Of a stretch of DNA of 64,000 nucleotides, positions 18,382-26,856 are shown one piece after another. Below the pieces are notes generated by a model, which was given only the letters and a program-made list of their open reading frames with translations, was not told where the DNA came from and made no database searches. The position numbers were made by a program, and so were the translations under genes. Location: NCBI GenBank assembly GCA_964490395.1, contig CAZBAS010000001.1, positions 275,815-339,814 on the forward strand, written 5' to 3'. This DNA comes from an uncultured Candidatus Saccharibacteria bacterium. GTDB taxonomy: Bacteria > Patescibacteriota > Doudnabacteria > UBA920. How positions within the stretch are numbered: position 1 is the stretch's first letter; every line of letters begins with the position of its first letter.

Positions 18382-18864
18382 TTAGGTTGCAAGAACACTT
18401 TTTGCTTGTTCGAATGCGGCAATAATATTTGCTTTGCACTCGATATTATTTTTAAAGATGGACTTACAACGCAGCCTGCAGAGTGCGCGTTCTGCTATCT
18501 TTGCATAATAATTTTGTTCAAGCACGACTACGATGGCCATGTTGGGGAAAGAGGATCGTAGTTGGGCAATGATTAAACCCTCTTCTTCTGACCATCTTTT
18601 GCAACAGTAAATAATTCCGCCCGGACTTGTTTTGTGAGTCCATAACGATATAGTGCTGTAGGGCTCCAGGCACGATACGTCAATTGGGCGAGTTTTACTC
18701 CATTGCATTATGGTATAGAGCCAATCCTGCTGTTGCGCCGAAGCATAGACCAAGAACAGGCTATTGTCCTCATTGGGTGGGGGAGCTTTGTGAATAAGCT
18801 CACTTTGTTGAGACAAAATGAATTCCTCCTTTGAAATCGGTCTCGTGTAGAGATACCTTAGCAA
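18382..18864 (-). CDS. Hypothetical protein (160 aa)
   Basis: ORF only. Confidence 0.35.
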   Translation of the reverse strand: MLRYLYTRPISKEEFILSQQSELIHKAPPPNEDNSLFLVYASAQQQDWLYTIMQWSKTRPIDVSCLEPYSTISLWTHKTSPGGIIYCCKRWSEEEGLIIAQLRSSFPNMAIVVVLEQNYYAKIAERALCRLRCKSIFKNNIECKANIIAAFEQAKSVLAT

Positions 18865-19340
18865 AAAATGAGGGAATTATCAAAATTCGGCATATTTAAA
18901 GTAAATAATTTTAGGACAGACTATTGACTAAAACGCAACAATAGCGTATACTCTTATTTCAACATCAAAAACAGTACCAATTCACAAAACACGCCTGCCA
19001 AGTTGCGCGTTTTTTGTTTCTCCGGGCTACCAAATAACTGGTAACAGCGGTGTTTATGCTCCTGATTCCGTATCGCACGGATTGGGGGCGCTATAAAAGT
19101 CACGAGAAGTCAGGGTAATATTACATGGCCCTATGGACTCTCTTCGTGGCTTTTTTGTATATACAGTCCAAATTTACAAATATGACAAATCTACAAATGG
19201 CTACAAATAATACAAAGGCCCGGGGTGGGCCAGGTATTATTTGACCAAATGAGTGAATTTCCTTATAATTCCATTGAATTTACCGGATTGATATTTGCAC
19301 TTAATTCGTAATTCTACATTCTTAATTCTACATTTTTCCA

Positions 19341-19511
19341 ATGGGTGTTCCTAAGAAACATAAGACCAAATCTGGTCGCAACCAACGTCGCAGCCATCAC
19401 GCGCTTAAGCCTGTTCAGGCTGCAACATGTAAGAACTGTGGTCAGCCAACGAAGCCACATCTTCCATGCCCAAACTGTGGTTATTATAAAGGCCGTAAGG
19501 TCACTAAATAA
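19341..19511 (+). CDS. rpmF: 50S ribosomal protein L32 (56 aa; missed by the >=60-aa ORF track)
   Basis: Hand translation MGVPKKHKTKSGRNQRRSHHALKP...CKNCGQ...CPNCGYYKGRKV matches L32 family incl. Cys4 zinc ribbon. Confidence 0.85.
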   Translation: MGVPKKHKTKSGRNQRRSHHALKPVQAATCKNCGQPTKPHLPCPNCGYYKGRKVTK

Positions 19512-19560
19512 AAGCTTCTTAGCTTGTAGCTAGTTAGCTTATTAGGAATAACCATTCCGA

Positions 19561-19608
19561 GCTAAAAAGCTAAAAAGCTAAAAAGCTAAAAAGCTAAAAA
19601 GCTAAAAA
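19561..19608. repeat. Tandem 8-mer repeat (GCTAAAAA)x6 ending exactly at the nusB start codon
   Basis: Six perfect units read directly. Confidence 0.9.
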
Positions 19609-20046
19609 ATGGCCAATCGTCATCTATCTAGAACAGTTGCAATGCAAACTCTCTTTGAGTGGGACTTTAACGCCCAAGAGCAGTCTTTAGATGACCTAGT
19701 CCAACTTAATCTTGAACAGTTTGCGCCCGGAATGGACGACCATGCTTTTGTGAAAAGTTTGGTTAGTGGCGTTGTGCAACATCTTGCTGAAATTGATGGC
19801 ATTATTACCGCAACGGCGCCTGAATGGCCTATAGAGCAAATTAGTAGCGTTGATAGAAGTGTTCTCAGGCTTGGCATATATGAACTCGAGTTCTTAAAAG
19901 AAGTTCCTCCTAAGGTTGCTATAAACGAAGCAGTTGAACTTGCTAAAACATTCGGCGGCGAAACAAGCGGCAAGTTTGTGAATGGGGTACTGGGAACACT
20001 GTACAAAAAATTATATCCTACCGATTCTGTAGAAACGCAGCAGTAA
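19609..20046 (+). CDS. nusB: Transcription antitermination factor NusB
   Basis: NusB family sequence. Confidence 0.85.
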   Translation: MANRHLSRTVAMQTLFEWDFNAQEQSLDDLVQLNLEQFAPGMDDHAFVKSLVSGVVQHLAEIDGIITATAPEWPIEQISSVDRSVLRLGIYELEFLKEVPPKVAINEAVELAKTFGGETSGKFVNGVLGTLYKKLYPTDSVETQQ

Positions 20047-20182
20047 ATAAAAGCACCAACGCAAAAGCGCGGTGCTTTTATTTTAGCCAAAAACTTTTCC
20101 ACAGCGTTTAAAACTCCGCTTATTTGTGCTATGCTATAACTAACCTTAAGTCCACTTATGTGGCTTACTAGGAAAGGACTCT

Positions 20183-20530
20183 ATGTCTATGAACAAACTT
20201 GAACTTACTGAAATTTTAGCCGCTCGGCTTTCCATTACTCATAGCGAAGCAGAGCGAATGCTTAACACACTTATTAACATAGTGTACGAGCAGCTTCGTA
20301 GTGGTGAAAAAGTAAATATTTCTGGCTTTGGTCAGTTTAGTGTGTCGCATCGTGCTCCTCGTATTGGAGTGAATCCTCGTCAGCCAACCCAGAAAATCCA
20401 AATTCCAGAACTAAACACCCCTAAGTTTAAAGCTGGCGAAGCATTTAAAGCAGCAGTTAAGCTGCGTAAATCAGCAGCTAGCCCTGCGCCAGACATGACT
20501 GCAGCACCAACTGCTCCATCATCTTTCTAG
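20183..20530 (+). CDS. hup: HU-family DNA-binding protein with Ala/Pro-rich C-terminal tail
   Basis: HU fold signature (GFGQFSV..R..R.GVNPRQ). Confidence 0.85.
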   Translation: MSMNKLELTEILAARLSITHSEAERMLNTLINIVYEQLRSGEKVNISGFGQFSVSHRAPRIGVNPRQPTQKIQIPELNTPKFKAGEAFKAAVKLRKSAASPAPDMTAAPTAPSSF

Positions 20531-20676
20531 GTATATATAAACTTAATTTATCTAAGCAAATCAAAAACTCTCCTGAAGGAGAGTTTTTGATTTTGACCGC
20601 CGCCGCAAGGCTATGGCGCGCAGACTTCGCATCAAATATCTGGTCAACTTTATTCAGGCATCCCTCAATCTTCTTA

Positions 20677-20714
20677 TGGCGTAAGCCAGACGAAGCTTCA
20701 GCGAAGTCTGGTGC
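20677..20714. repeat. 37/38-nt motif GGCGTAAGCCAGACGAAGC-N5-GCGAAGTCTGGTGC, direct-repeat copy of the sequence abutting tRNA-Arg (45011-45047), ending in a tRNA-3'-end-like GCACCA (complement)
   Basis: Near-identical to 45011-45047; followed on minus strand by GGTATCCCGC resembling tRNA-Gly acceptor 3' strand. Confidence 0.7.
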
Positions 20715-20780
20715 GGGATACCTCGGTAGAAGTTCGAAACGAACTTTACGGGGCACAGCGGGAAAGTTCTCCGTTCCCTT

Positions 20781-20818
20781 ACCAAAGAAAACACCTGACT
20801 TAGATCAGGTGTTTTCTT
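20781..20818 (-). terminator. 15-bp perfect hairpin (AAAGAAAACACCTGA/TCAGGTGTTTTCTTT) immediately 3' of tRNA-Gly
   Basis: Perfect inverted repeat. Confidence 0.6.
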
Positions 20819-20892
20819 TGGAGCGGGATACGGGAATCGAACCCGTCCCACCAGCTTGGAAGGCTAGCGTACTACCACTATACGAATCCCGC
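20819..20892 (-). tRNA. tRNA-Gly (anticodon UCC), CCA encoded
   Basis: Manual cloverleaf: acceptor GCGGGAT/ATCCCGC, anticodon loop CTTCCAA, T-loop TTCGATT, discriminator U. Confidence 0.85.
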
Positions 20893-21026
20893 TAAAATGC
20901 AGTATATAAACAGAACTTAACCATTATATCCAATATCTGAGGAGTAGGGAAGGGGTAACTGGCGTAAATTAGCAAAGTTTTGTATACTGTGTAGGCTCAA
21001 TTGTATTTCGTCTTTTTACCTCTGAG

Positions 21027-21100
21027 CGGGGTGTAGTATACCGGTAGTACGTCTGCTTTGGGAGCAGATAGACAGGGTTCGATTCCCTGCACCCCGACCA
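21027..21100 (+). tRNA. tRNA-Pro (anticodon UGG), CCA encoded
   Basis: Manual cloverleaf: acceptor CGGGGTG/CACCCCG, anticodon loop TTTGGGA, T-loop TTCGATT; flanked by 9-bp inverted repeat CTTTTTACC/GGTAAAAAG. Confidence 0.85.
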
Positions 21101-21142
21101 TAGGTAAAAAGTGCGATAGTGACCAGATACGCCATCCATAGT

Positions 21143-21709
21143 ATGAGCACAAAGCACACCCTTGCAGTGACCGCAATAATTGAATACCAGGGGAGAATCT
21201 TTTTCATTCAAAGGCTAACTAAGGATGAAAATTTCTCTGGAAAATGGGTTTTCCCCGGTGGGAAAGTTGAAGCCGGTGAAGACGCCATTCAAGCATTGCT
21301 CAGAGAGATACGAGAAGAGACCAATATAGAATTGCATCCAGAAATACAATTACTTTCTTCCTACATGTTTTATAGAGAAGAAGATGCGTCCTCAACGGTA
21401 GGGGAGGTGTTTCTCCTGCGTGCAGTAAGTGATTTGTACACTTTAGATACTGAAAGCTACGAGCACGCAGAGTGGATATTGCCAGAGGACGTATACAATT
21501 TCGATACTATTTATGGCATGGAAGTCCATGTTCGCAATGCAATCATTGCGCTGCGCACCGGTAAACCCCTGCAGCAGGCATATATGTCGGTTACGAACTA
21601 TCAGAAAAACAACTGCTCAATGAGCGCAGAGTATTTGAAGGCGTTACAAGCGGCTCCAGATGTATACGCGTTTCTCGCGGAGCACGGGGGGCACGAACCT
21701 CATATATAG
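21143..21709 (+). CDS. NUDIX hydrolase
   Basis: Nudix box GGKVEAGEDAIQALLREIREETNIE. Confidence 0.8.
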   Translation: MSTKHTLAVTAIIEYQGRIFFIQRLTKDENFSGKWVFPGGKVEAGEDAIQALLREIREETNIELHPEIQLLSSYMFYREEDASSTVGEVFLLRAVSDLYTLDTESYEHAEWILPEDVYNFDTIYGMEVHVRNAIIALRTGKPLQQAYMSVTNYQKNNCSMSAEYLKALQAAPDVYAFLAEHGGHEPHI

Positions 21710-21778
21710 AGTGCTAAAACTGCACAAATACAAGATATTTTACACCATAAATTTCAAAATATAGCAAGGACTATTTCT

Positions 21779-21807
21779 TTGACATATAAAGCGAAACATC
21801 TTATAAT
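21779..21807 (+). promoter_or_regulatory. Consensus sigma70 promoter TTGACA-17-TATAAT
   Basis: Perfect -35 and -10 hexamers with 17-nt spacer. Confidence 0.6.
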
Positions 21808-21866
21808 TTATATACGTTAAGGTAATTCCGCGAAACGAAACACATACCGTGTACACACCCTACTTG

Positions 21867-21939
21867 AAAGCCAAAATCTAATTCTTGCTAAGTTTCTCTT
21901 AAATATAGAGAAACTTGGGATTAGATTTTGGCTTTTATT
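21867..21939 (+). terminator. Nested hairpin (16-bp outer stem AAAGCCAAAATCTAAT/ATTAGATTTTGGCTTT, inner AAGTTTCTC/GAGAAACTT) followed by TTTTATT
   Basis: Perfect inverted repeats + U-run; about 55 nt downstream of the consensus promoter. Confidence 0.55.
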
Positions 21940-22467
21940 GTGTGACAAACAATAAAAGCGCAAAAGATTTTATGTGTAACATATAGCACATACGAATCGT
22001 CTAGCTTTTTGATAGGAACGAACAGATACACAACGATCAAGATTTTTATGTAATTCAGCGACGAAATACTTTTGCTGAATTATTACCCAGTCGCAGCAGT
22101 CCGTTCAGATGGGTCCTATCAAACCTTCTTCTTAGCTATAAGCCTCTTGGCAGGCCGTCTACTAAAAGGTGCCTCTAAACGAGCATCGGTTAGCTTGGGC
22201 AGATTAGCGTCTGTGCCGAAACTGACAAATACTCAAGGCTCCGTGGTCGAACTTTTAGTATCAACGAAATAAAGTCTTCCAAGGGTGTTTAATAGTCGCG
22301 TATATGCAAGCGGTATATTTAGGAACTCTAGAGCCTACGTATAAGCGCGCAGGTGCGTGTATAAATTAATTATTTTCCAAGTATATTGATTGAATCAATT
22401 GAACAATCAATCCCTCCACTGCGGTATTGCACTGCGGTGAGCAGAATTTGGAAAATGGAGTAAGTAA

Positions 22468-25400
22468 ATGACTTCTAGTTTCTCAAAGAAACTCGTTGCA
22501 GCAGTATCTGTTGCTTCTATGTTTGCTTTTGCTGCCCCAGCTTTGGCTGCGGCTCACGCAGAAGGTACAAACGTTAGCAAGCCAGATGGTTCTGTATGTA
22601 TGGTTCGCATGGGCCAGCTACAGTGCTACACCTCTGCTGGCGCTTTCCTTTCCTATGGTTTCAACTCTTGGAGCCAGGTAGTAGCAGCCAACAGCGATGA
22701 CCTCGCTTTGCCAATGGGTTCCTTCATTGCTCCTCAAGACGGTAGCGTTATCTTCTCGGATCGCGGTGCTGACAAGGGGACTGGTTACATTCTCAGCGGT
22801 GGCATGAAATATGGCTTCCCAACTGAAGCAGTTTTCAAAGCACAGGGCTATAGCTACTCCACAGCAATGTGGGCAGATATCTCTTGGGTAAGCATGGGCG
22901 GCACAATCAACGCCGGCGATGCAGCTCATCTTCCTGGTACTTTGGTAAACAACGGCGGTACTGTACAGCTTGTTGGTAACACTGGTCTTATGGGTATCCC
23001 TGACCTTGCTACCTTCAACAGCTGGGGTTACAGCTTTGCTAAAGTCGTTCCTGCTAACGCAAACGATAAAGCAAAGACTCAAACTGGTGTTATGCCAACT
23101 CGCGTAGCGGGTCAGCTCTCCCCAACCAGCACTGTAGTAGTTACTCCAACCGGATCTGTATCTGCGTCACTTTCTTCTGATAATCCAGCTACTGGTACTC
23201 TAGTTGCTGGTCAGGCTTTGGCAGATCTCGCACATATCAACCTCACTGGCAGCGGCACTGTTACCGCTTTAACCTTTGAACGTATTGGCGTTTCTGCAAA
23301 CACAACTCCTTCAAACGTATATTTGTTTGAAGGATCAACTCGTTTGACCGATTCTGCTTCCTTTGGTTCTGACAACAAAGTAACTTTTGCTGGTCTGAAC
23401 TGGAACGTAAGCGGTACTCGCACAATCGCAGTTAAGTCTGATATTGCTTCTAGTACATCAGGCCAAACGGTTGGTGTTAAGCTGACTTCTATCACTTCTG
23501 GTAGCACAGCTTCTACTGTATCCGTTTCTGGTAACATCCACAGCATTGCTACTGCAACTTTGGCTGGCGTTGCTTTGTCTTCTGCAACTGGTTCTGGTAA
23601 CACAGACCCAGGCAAAGACATCAACGTATGGCAGGGTACAGTAACTGTGTCTACTCGCGATGTAACCTTGAACCGCATGGCTCTTCGCCAGGTAGGTTCT
23701 ATCATTCCATCTGATATCAACAACTTCCGCTTGTTCGTTGACGGTGTGCAGGTCGCACAGGCCCAAAACCTCGATACGAATGGCTACGTAACCTTCACCC
23801 CGAACACCGTTATCAAGACTGGTGCTCGCGCCGTAAAGGTTATGGCCGATGTTGTCGGTGGTTCTGGTCGCACCGTTCAGTTGTCTCTCCGTGGCGCATA
23901 TGATTTCGCTACAACTGACAGCTCTTACGGCGCCATGATTGCCGCAACCGGATCCTTCCCATTTGGTCCTTCTTCCTTCACTGTGAACGCTGGTGCATTG
24001 ACTGTTGCTAAGGCAACTGACTCTCCATCTGCGAACGTAGTGGCTGGTGCTTCCGACGTTTCCGTTGGTAAGTGGACCTTCACTGCATACGGTGAACCGA
24101 TTAAAGTAGAAACCTTGACTGTTGGTGTTAACACCAATGGTACCGATGCAAACAACAGCTTCCGCAATGTTCGCATTATGGTTGATGGTTCCCAGGTTGG
24201 TAGCACAACCAGCGTCGCAGCTGTAGACAGCTATGCCTCTGGTACTTCCTTTACCACCAACTTCACTGTTACTCCTGGTACGCCTCGCGTAGTAGAAGTA
24301 CGCTCTGATATGGTAGACGATACTGCAACTGACTTGATTGCGAATGGCACCACCACTTCTGCACAATTTGCATTGGTAGCTGGTTCCTCTAACGCAACTC
24401 CTCAGGTTTCCTTGAGCATGATCAATGTTCCAACTGCATCTGTTGCGGCTAACAGCCTCACCATTGCAAGCGGTAGCGTTTCCCTTGCCAAGACCTCTAC
24501 TTACCCAGATCAAAGCGTTGTTACCCCACAGACTGCTTACAAGATTGGTTCTTTCACTTTGAGCGGCAACTCTTCTGAAGCTGTCAATGTGAACACTTTC
24601 ACTTTGAGCATGACTGTAACTGACAACACTGGTGCCCCTGCTGCAACTGTTGCTGATGTTACTGACGTATACCTCAAGTATGGTTCCAATCAAACCTCTG
24701 TAAAGCCGACTATTGCTGCTTCTGGCAACACCTGGTCCCCAAGCTTTACTTTGGCCAAGAACGAAACCATGCAGGTAGACGTGTACGGTACTCTCGGCTC
24801 TGATATTCAGGCAACCGACACTGTACAAGCAAGCTTGCTTGTTTCTGGTACCGCTGCACAGTCTGGTTCGGCTGTAAACACGAACAGCAATGCTGTTCTT
24901 GCTGGTCAGACCATCACTGCTGGCTCTGGCTCTATAACCGCTACTAAAGATGCTTCTTCTCCAGACGCTCGTTTGGTTGATGACTCTGGTACGGTAACCA
25001 CTGCAGCCTTCAAATTTGCTGCAGTCACCGATAGCTACTCCTTGACCGACTTCACCTTTACCTTGGGTAATGCGTCTGCCGTATCTAGCGTAGCTCTGAA
25101 GGATGGTTCTACCACTTTGGCAACAAAGCCTGGTTCTACCTCTGTTACCTTCAATGGTCTGAATGTTCCAGTTGCTTCTAACACCAATAAAATACTCACT
25201 GTAGAACTTACCTTGAGCCCAGTTGGTGTTGGTGCTGGTACAACTGACTCTTCTTTACTCACTACCTTGACTGACTTTACTGCCCGCAACTCTGGTGGTA
25301 CTTCAGCTGCAGGTACTGAGTCAAACCCGGCTGGTAACAACATGTACATCTACAAGGCTGTACCAACCGTGTCTCAGATTGCCTTGCCAAACTCTGACTT

Positions 25401-25947
25401 GGCTGCTGGTACAAACGTTACCATCGCGAAGTTCAGCGTAAACACCAACGGCACTGGTACAATTGCTTGGAAGCAAATCATGCTGGAAATCAGCAAGACT
25501 GCTACCCCAACTTTGTCCAGCATCGCTTTGTACAATGCTGATAGCAACACGCAGATTACTGCAGCTACTGCATTCCAGAACGGTTCTGCTGGTGTGGCAA
25601 CTACTTGTGTAGGCGACAACACCTCTTGTGAACTCCTTATCACTGTTGGCACAAACGCTGACGATGATACCGTAGAAACTGTAAGCGGCGCTCGCAACTA
25701 CGAAGTACGTGCAACAATCGGCGGCAGCATTGCTGCTACCGACAGCGTATCTGTGAAGTTGGATAACAACATCACTTCTCACGCTGCTTCTGCAGCATTC
25801 CAGACCAACAAGAACTCTGCTGCTGCAAACAACACATCATTCACCTGGAGCGATGAGTCTGCTTCGGCAACCAACGACACTGGTGTATCTACCTGGCAAA
25901 AGGATTACTTGGTCAAGAACCTGCCTATTAGCTGGAACATGAACTAA
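22468..25947 (+). CDS. Giant secreted Thr/Ser/Ala/Gly/Val-rich cell-surface protein (S-layer or adhesin candidate) with N-terminal signal peptide
   Basis: Signal peptide MTSSFSKKLVAAVSVASMFAFAAPALAAAHA; 1159 aa low-complexity beta-rich composition; SD GGAG before ATG; long upstream leader. Confidence 0.6.
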   Translation: MTSSFSKKLVAAVSVASMFAFAAPALAAAHAEGTNVSKPDGSVCMVRMGQLQCYTSAGAFLSYGFNSWSQVVAANSDDLALPMGSFIAPQDGSVIFSDRGADKGTGYILSGGMKYGFPTEAVFKAQGYSYSTAMWADISWVSMGGTINAGDAAHLPGTLVNNGGTVQLVGNTGLMGIPDLATFNSWGYSFAKVVPANANDKAKTQTGVMPTRVAGQLSPTSTVVVTPTGSVSASLSSDNPATGTLVAGQALADLAHINLTGSGTVTALTFERIGVSANTTPSNVYLFEGSTRLTDSASFGSDNKVTFAGLNWNVSGTRTIAVKSDIASSTSGQTVGVKLTSITSGSTASTVSVSGNIHSIATATLAGVALSSATGSGNTDPGKDINVWQGTVTVSTRDVTLNRMALRQVGSIIPSDINNFRLFVDGVQVAQAQNLDTNGYVTFTPNTVIKTGARAVKVMADVVGGSGRTVQLSLRGAYDFATTDSSYGAMIAATGSFPFGPSSFTVNAGALTVAKATDSPSANVVAGASDVSVGKWTFTAYGEPIKVETLTVGVNTNGTDANNSFRNVRIMVDGSQVGSTTSVAAVDSYASGTSFTTNFTVTPGTPRVVEVRSDMVDDTATDLIANGTTTSAQFALVAGSSNATPQVSLSMINVPTASVAANSLTIASGSVSLAKTSTYPDQSVVTPQTAYKIGSFTLSGNSSEAVNVNTFTLSMTVTDNTGAPAATVADVTDVYLKYGSNQTSVKPTIAASGNTWSPSFTLAKNETMQVDVYGTLGSDIQATDTVQASLLVSGTAAQSGSAVNTNSNAVLAGQTITAGSGSITATKDASSPDARLVDDSGTVTTAAFKFAAVTDSYSLTDFTFTLGNASAVSSVALKDGSTTLATKPGSTSVTFNGLNVPVASNTNKILTVELTLSPVGVGAGTTDSSLLTTLTDFTARNSGGTSAAGTESNPAGNNMYIYKAVPTVSQIALPNSDLAAGTNVTIAKFSVNTNGTGTIAWKQIMLEISKTATPTLSSIALYNADSNTQITAATAFQNGSAGVATTCVGDNTSCELLITVGTNADDDTVETVSGARNYEVRATIGGSIAATDSVSVKLDNNITSHAASAAFQTNKNSAAANNTSFTWSDESASATNDTGVSTWQKDYLVKNLPISWNMN

Positions 25948-26088
25948 GTATCTGACTTAATCAGATAGACAGAGAGTAATCTCTGTGAATAAGAGGCCGC
26001 CTACGCTGAAAAGTGTAGGCGGTTTTCGTATTGTCAGATTTTATGAACCGGCTATAATATATGGGATTAACCAGTAGGGACAAGTGTA

Positions 26089-26765
26089 TGAATAAAAAAC
26101 ATATTATTATTGGCTTAGTGCTGCTTGCCATTGTGGCGGGCGGGGTGTTTATGGTTTTTAATAAAAAAGCAGGTGCTCCTAAACAACAGTTTGTTTCCTA
26201 TAAAGATCCTGGGCTGACGACTGAAGAAAAGGCAGGGTTTCAGAAGAAGCTGGCCGAACTGGAGGGGCAGCTCAAAGACGCAAAAGACGACAATTCTAAG
26301 TTTAAGCTCATCATGCAGATTGGTATTCAGCATTACGCATTGGGTGAATACGCGTTGGCTCAAGAACGGTATAATGCAGCTAGCAAAATTTTGCCCGATA
26401 ACCCGACAGTATGGTCAGAGCTGTATGTTGTTGAGAATGTTATGGGTGATTATGTAAGTGCCAGGACCCATATTCTAAAGGCCATTGAACTTAACCCCGC
26501 AAGCGCGCAGTATTGGCGATGGAGAATAGATATTGAAAAAGATCACTTTAGCCCAGCCCCGGCAATAGTGGAAGACCTGTATGCTCAGGCACTGTCGAAG
26601 ACAAATGAAAACGTGGAAATACTAGCCATGCAAGCGCGCTATTACGAGAGTGTGAACAAAGTTGGCGCGGCCATTGATGTTTGGAAGAGGTTGAAAGTGG
26701 TCGACCCTAGCAATACTGGAGTATATGATGAGGAAATAAAAACTTTACAGACTAAGCCGCAGTAG
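26089..26765 (+). CDS. TPR-repeat protein with N-terminal membrane anchor
   Basis: TM helix then TPR-like repeats (ALGEYALAQERYNAASKILP etc.). Confidence 0.5.
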
Positions 26766-26856
26766 TTTTATTTTTTGTTGAAAATCTGGTATAATAAAAT
26801 ATCCCGGTTGGAAGGTCGGGGTATTTTTTAGTTACTTATTGATTTTAAGTTGATGT

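Noticed and set aside
18865-19340. Possible ncRNA (6S/SRP/RNase P) upstream of rpmF, suggested by the long hairpin CACGAGAAG...CTTCGTG + T-run at 19090-19160 and a TACAAAT x4 word repeat
   Set aside because: No conserved SRP (GGUCCGGAAGG), RNase P (GGAAAGUCC) or tmRNA motifs were found by eye. Left as an unassigned terminator-like hairpin.
19561-19608. Possible CRISPR array
   Set aside because: The repeat unit is only 8 nt with no spacers. There are no cas genes and no 24-48-nt repeats with unique spacers anywhere in the window.
20715-20800. A second complete tRNA between the Arg-flank motif and tRNA-Gly
   Set aside because: A 3' acceptor/CCA-like end (GGTATCCCGCACCA) exists on the minus strand, but no complementary 5' acceptor strand, D-arm or anticodon arm could be built. 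Treated as a remnant, not a gene.
20587-20895. ORFs 20587..20895 (+) and 20654..20851 (-) from the six-frame track
   Set aside because: They overlap tRNA-Gly, its terminator hairpin and the tRNA-flank repeat. The reading frames are artefacts of structured non-coding DNA.
20969-21211. ORFs 20969..21211 and 21016..21207 (-)
   Set aside because: They overlap tRNA-Pro on the opposite strand. No coding signal.
23458-24828. 456-aa ORF antisense to the giant surface-protein gene (and other antisense ORFs 22618-23082, 23211-23723, 25321-25782)
   Set aside because: Arise from the low-complexity, codon-biased sense strand. Cys/Arg/Ser-rich nonsense composition with no start context. The sense gene is clearly the real one.
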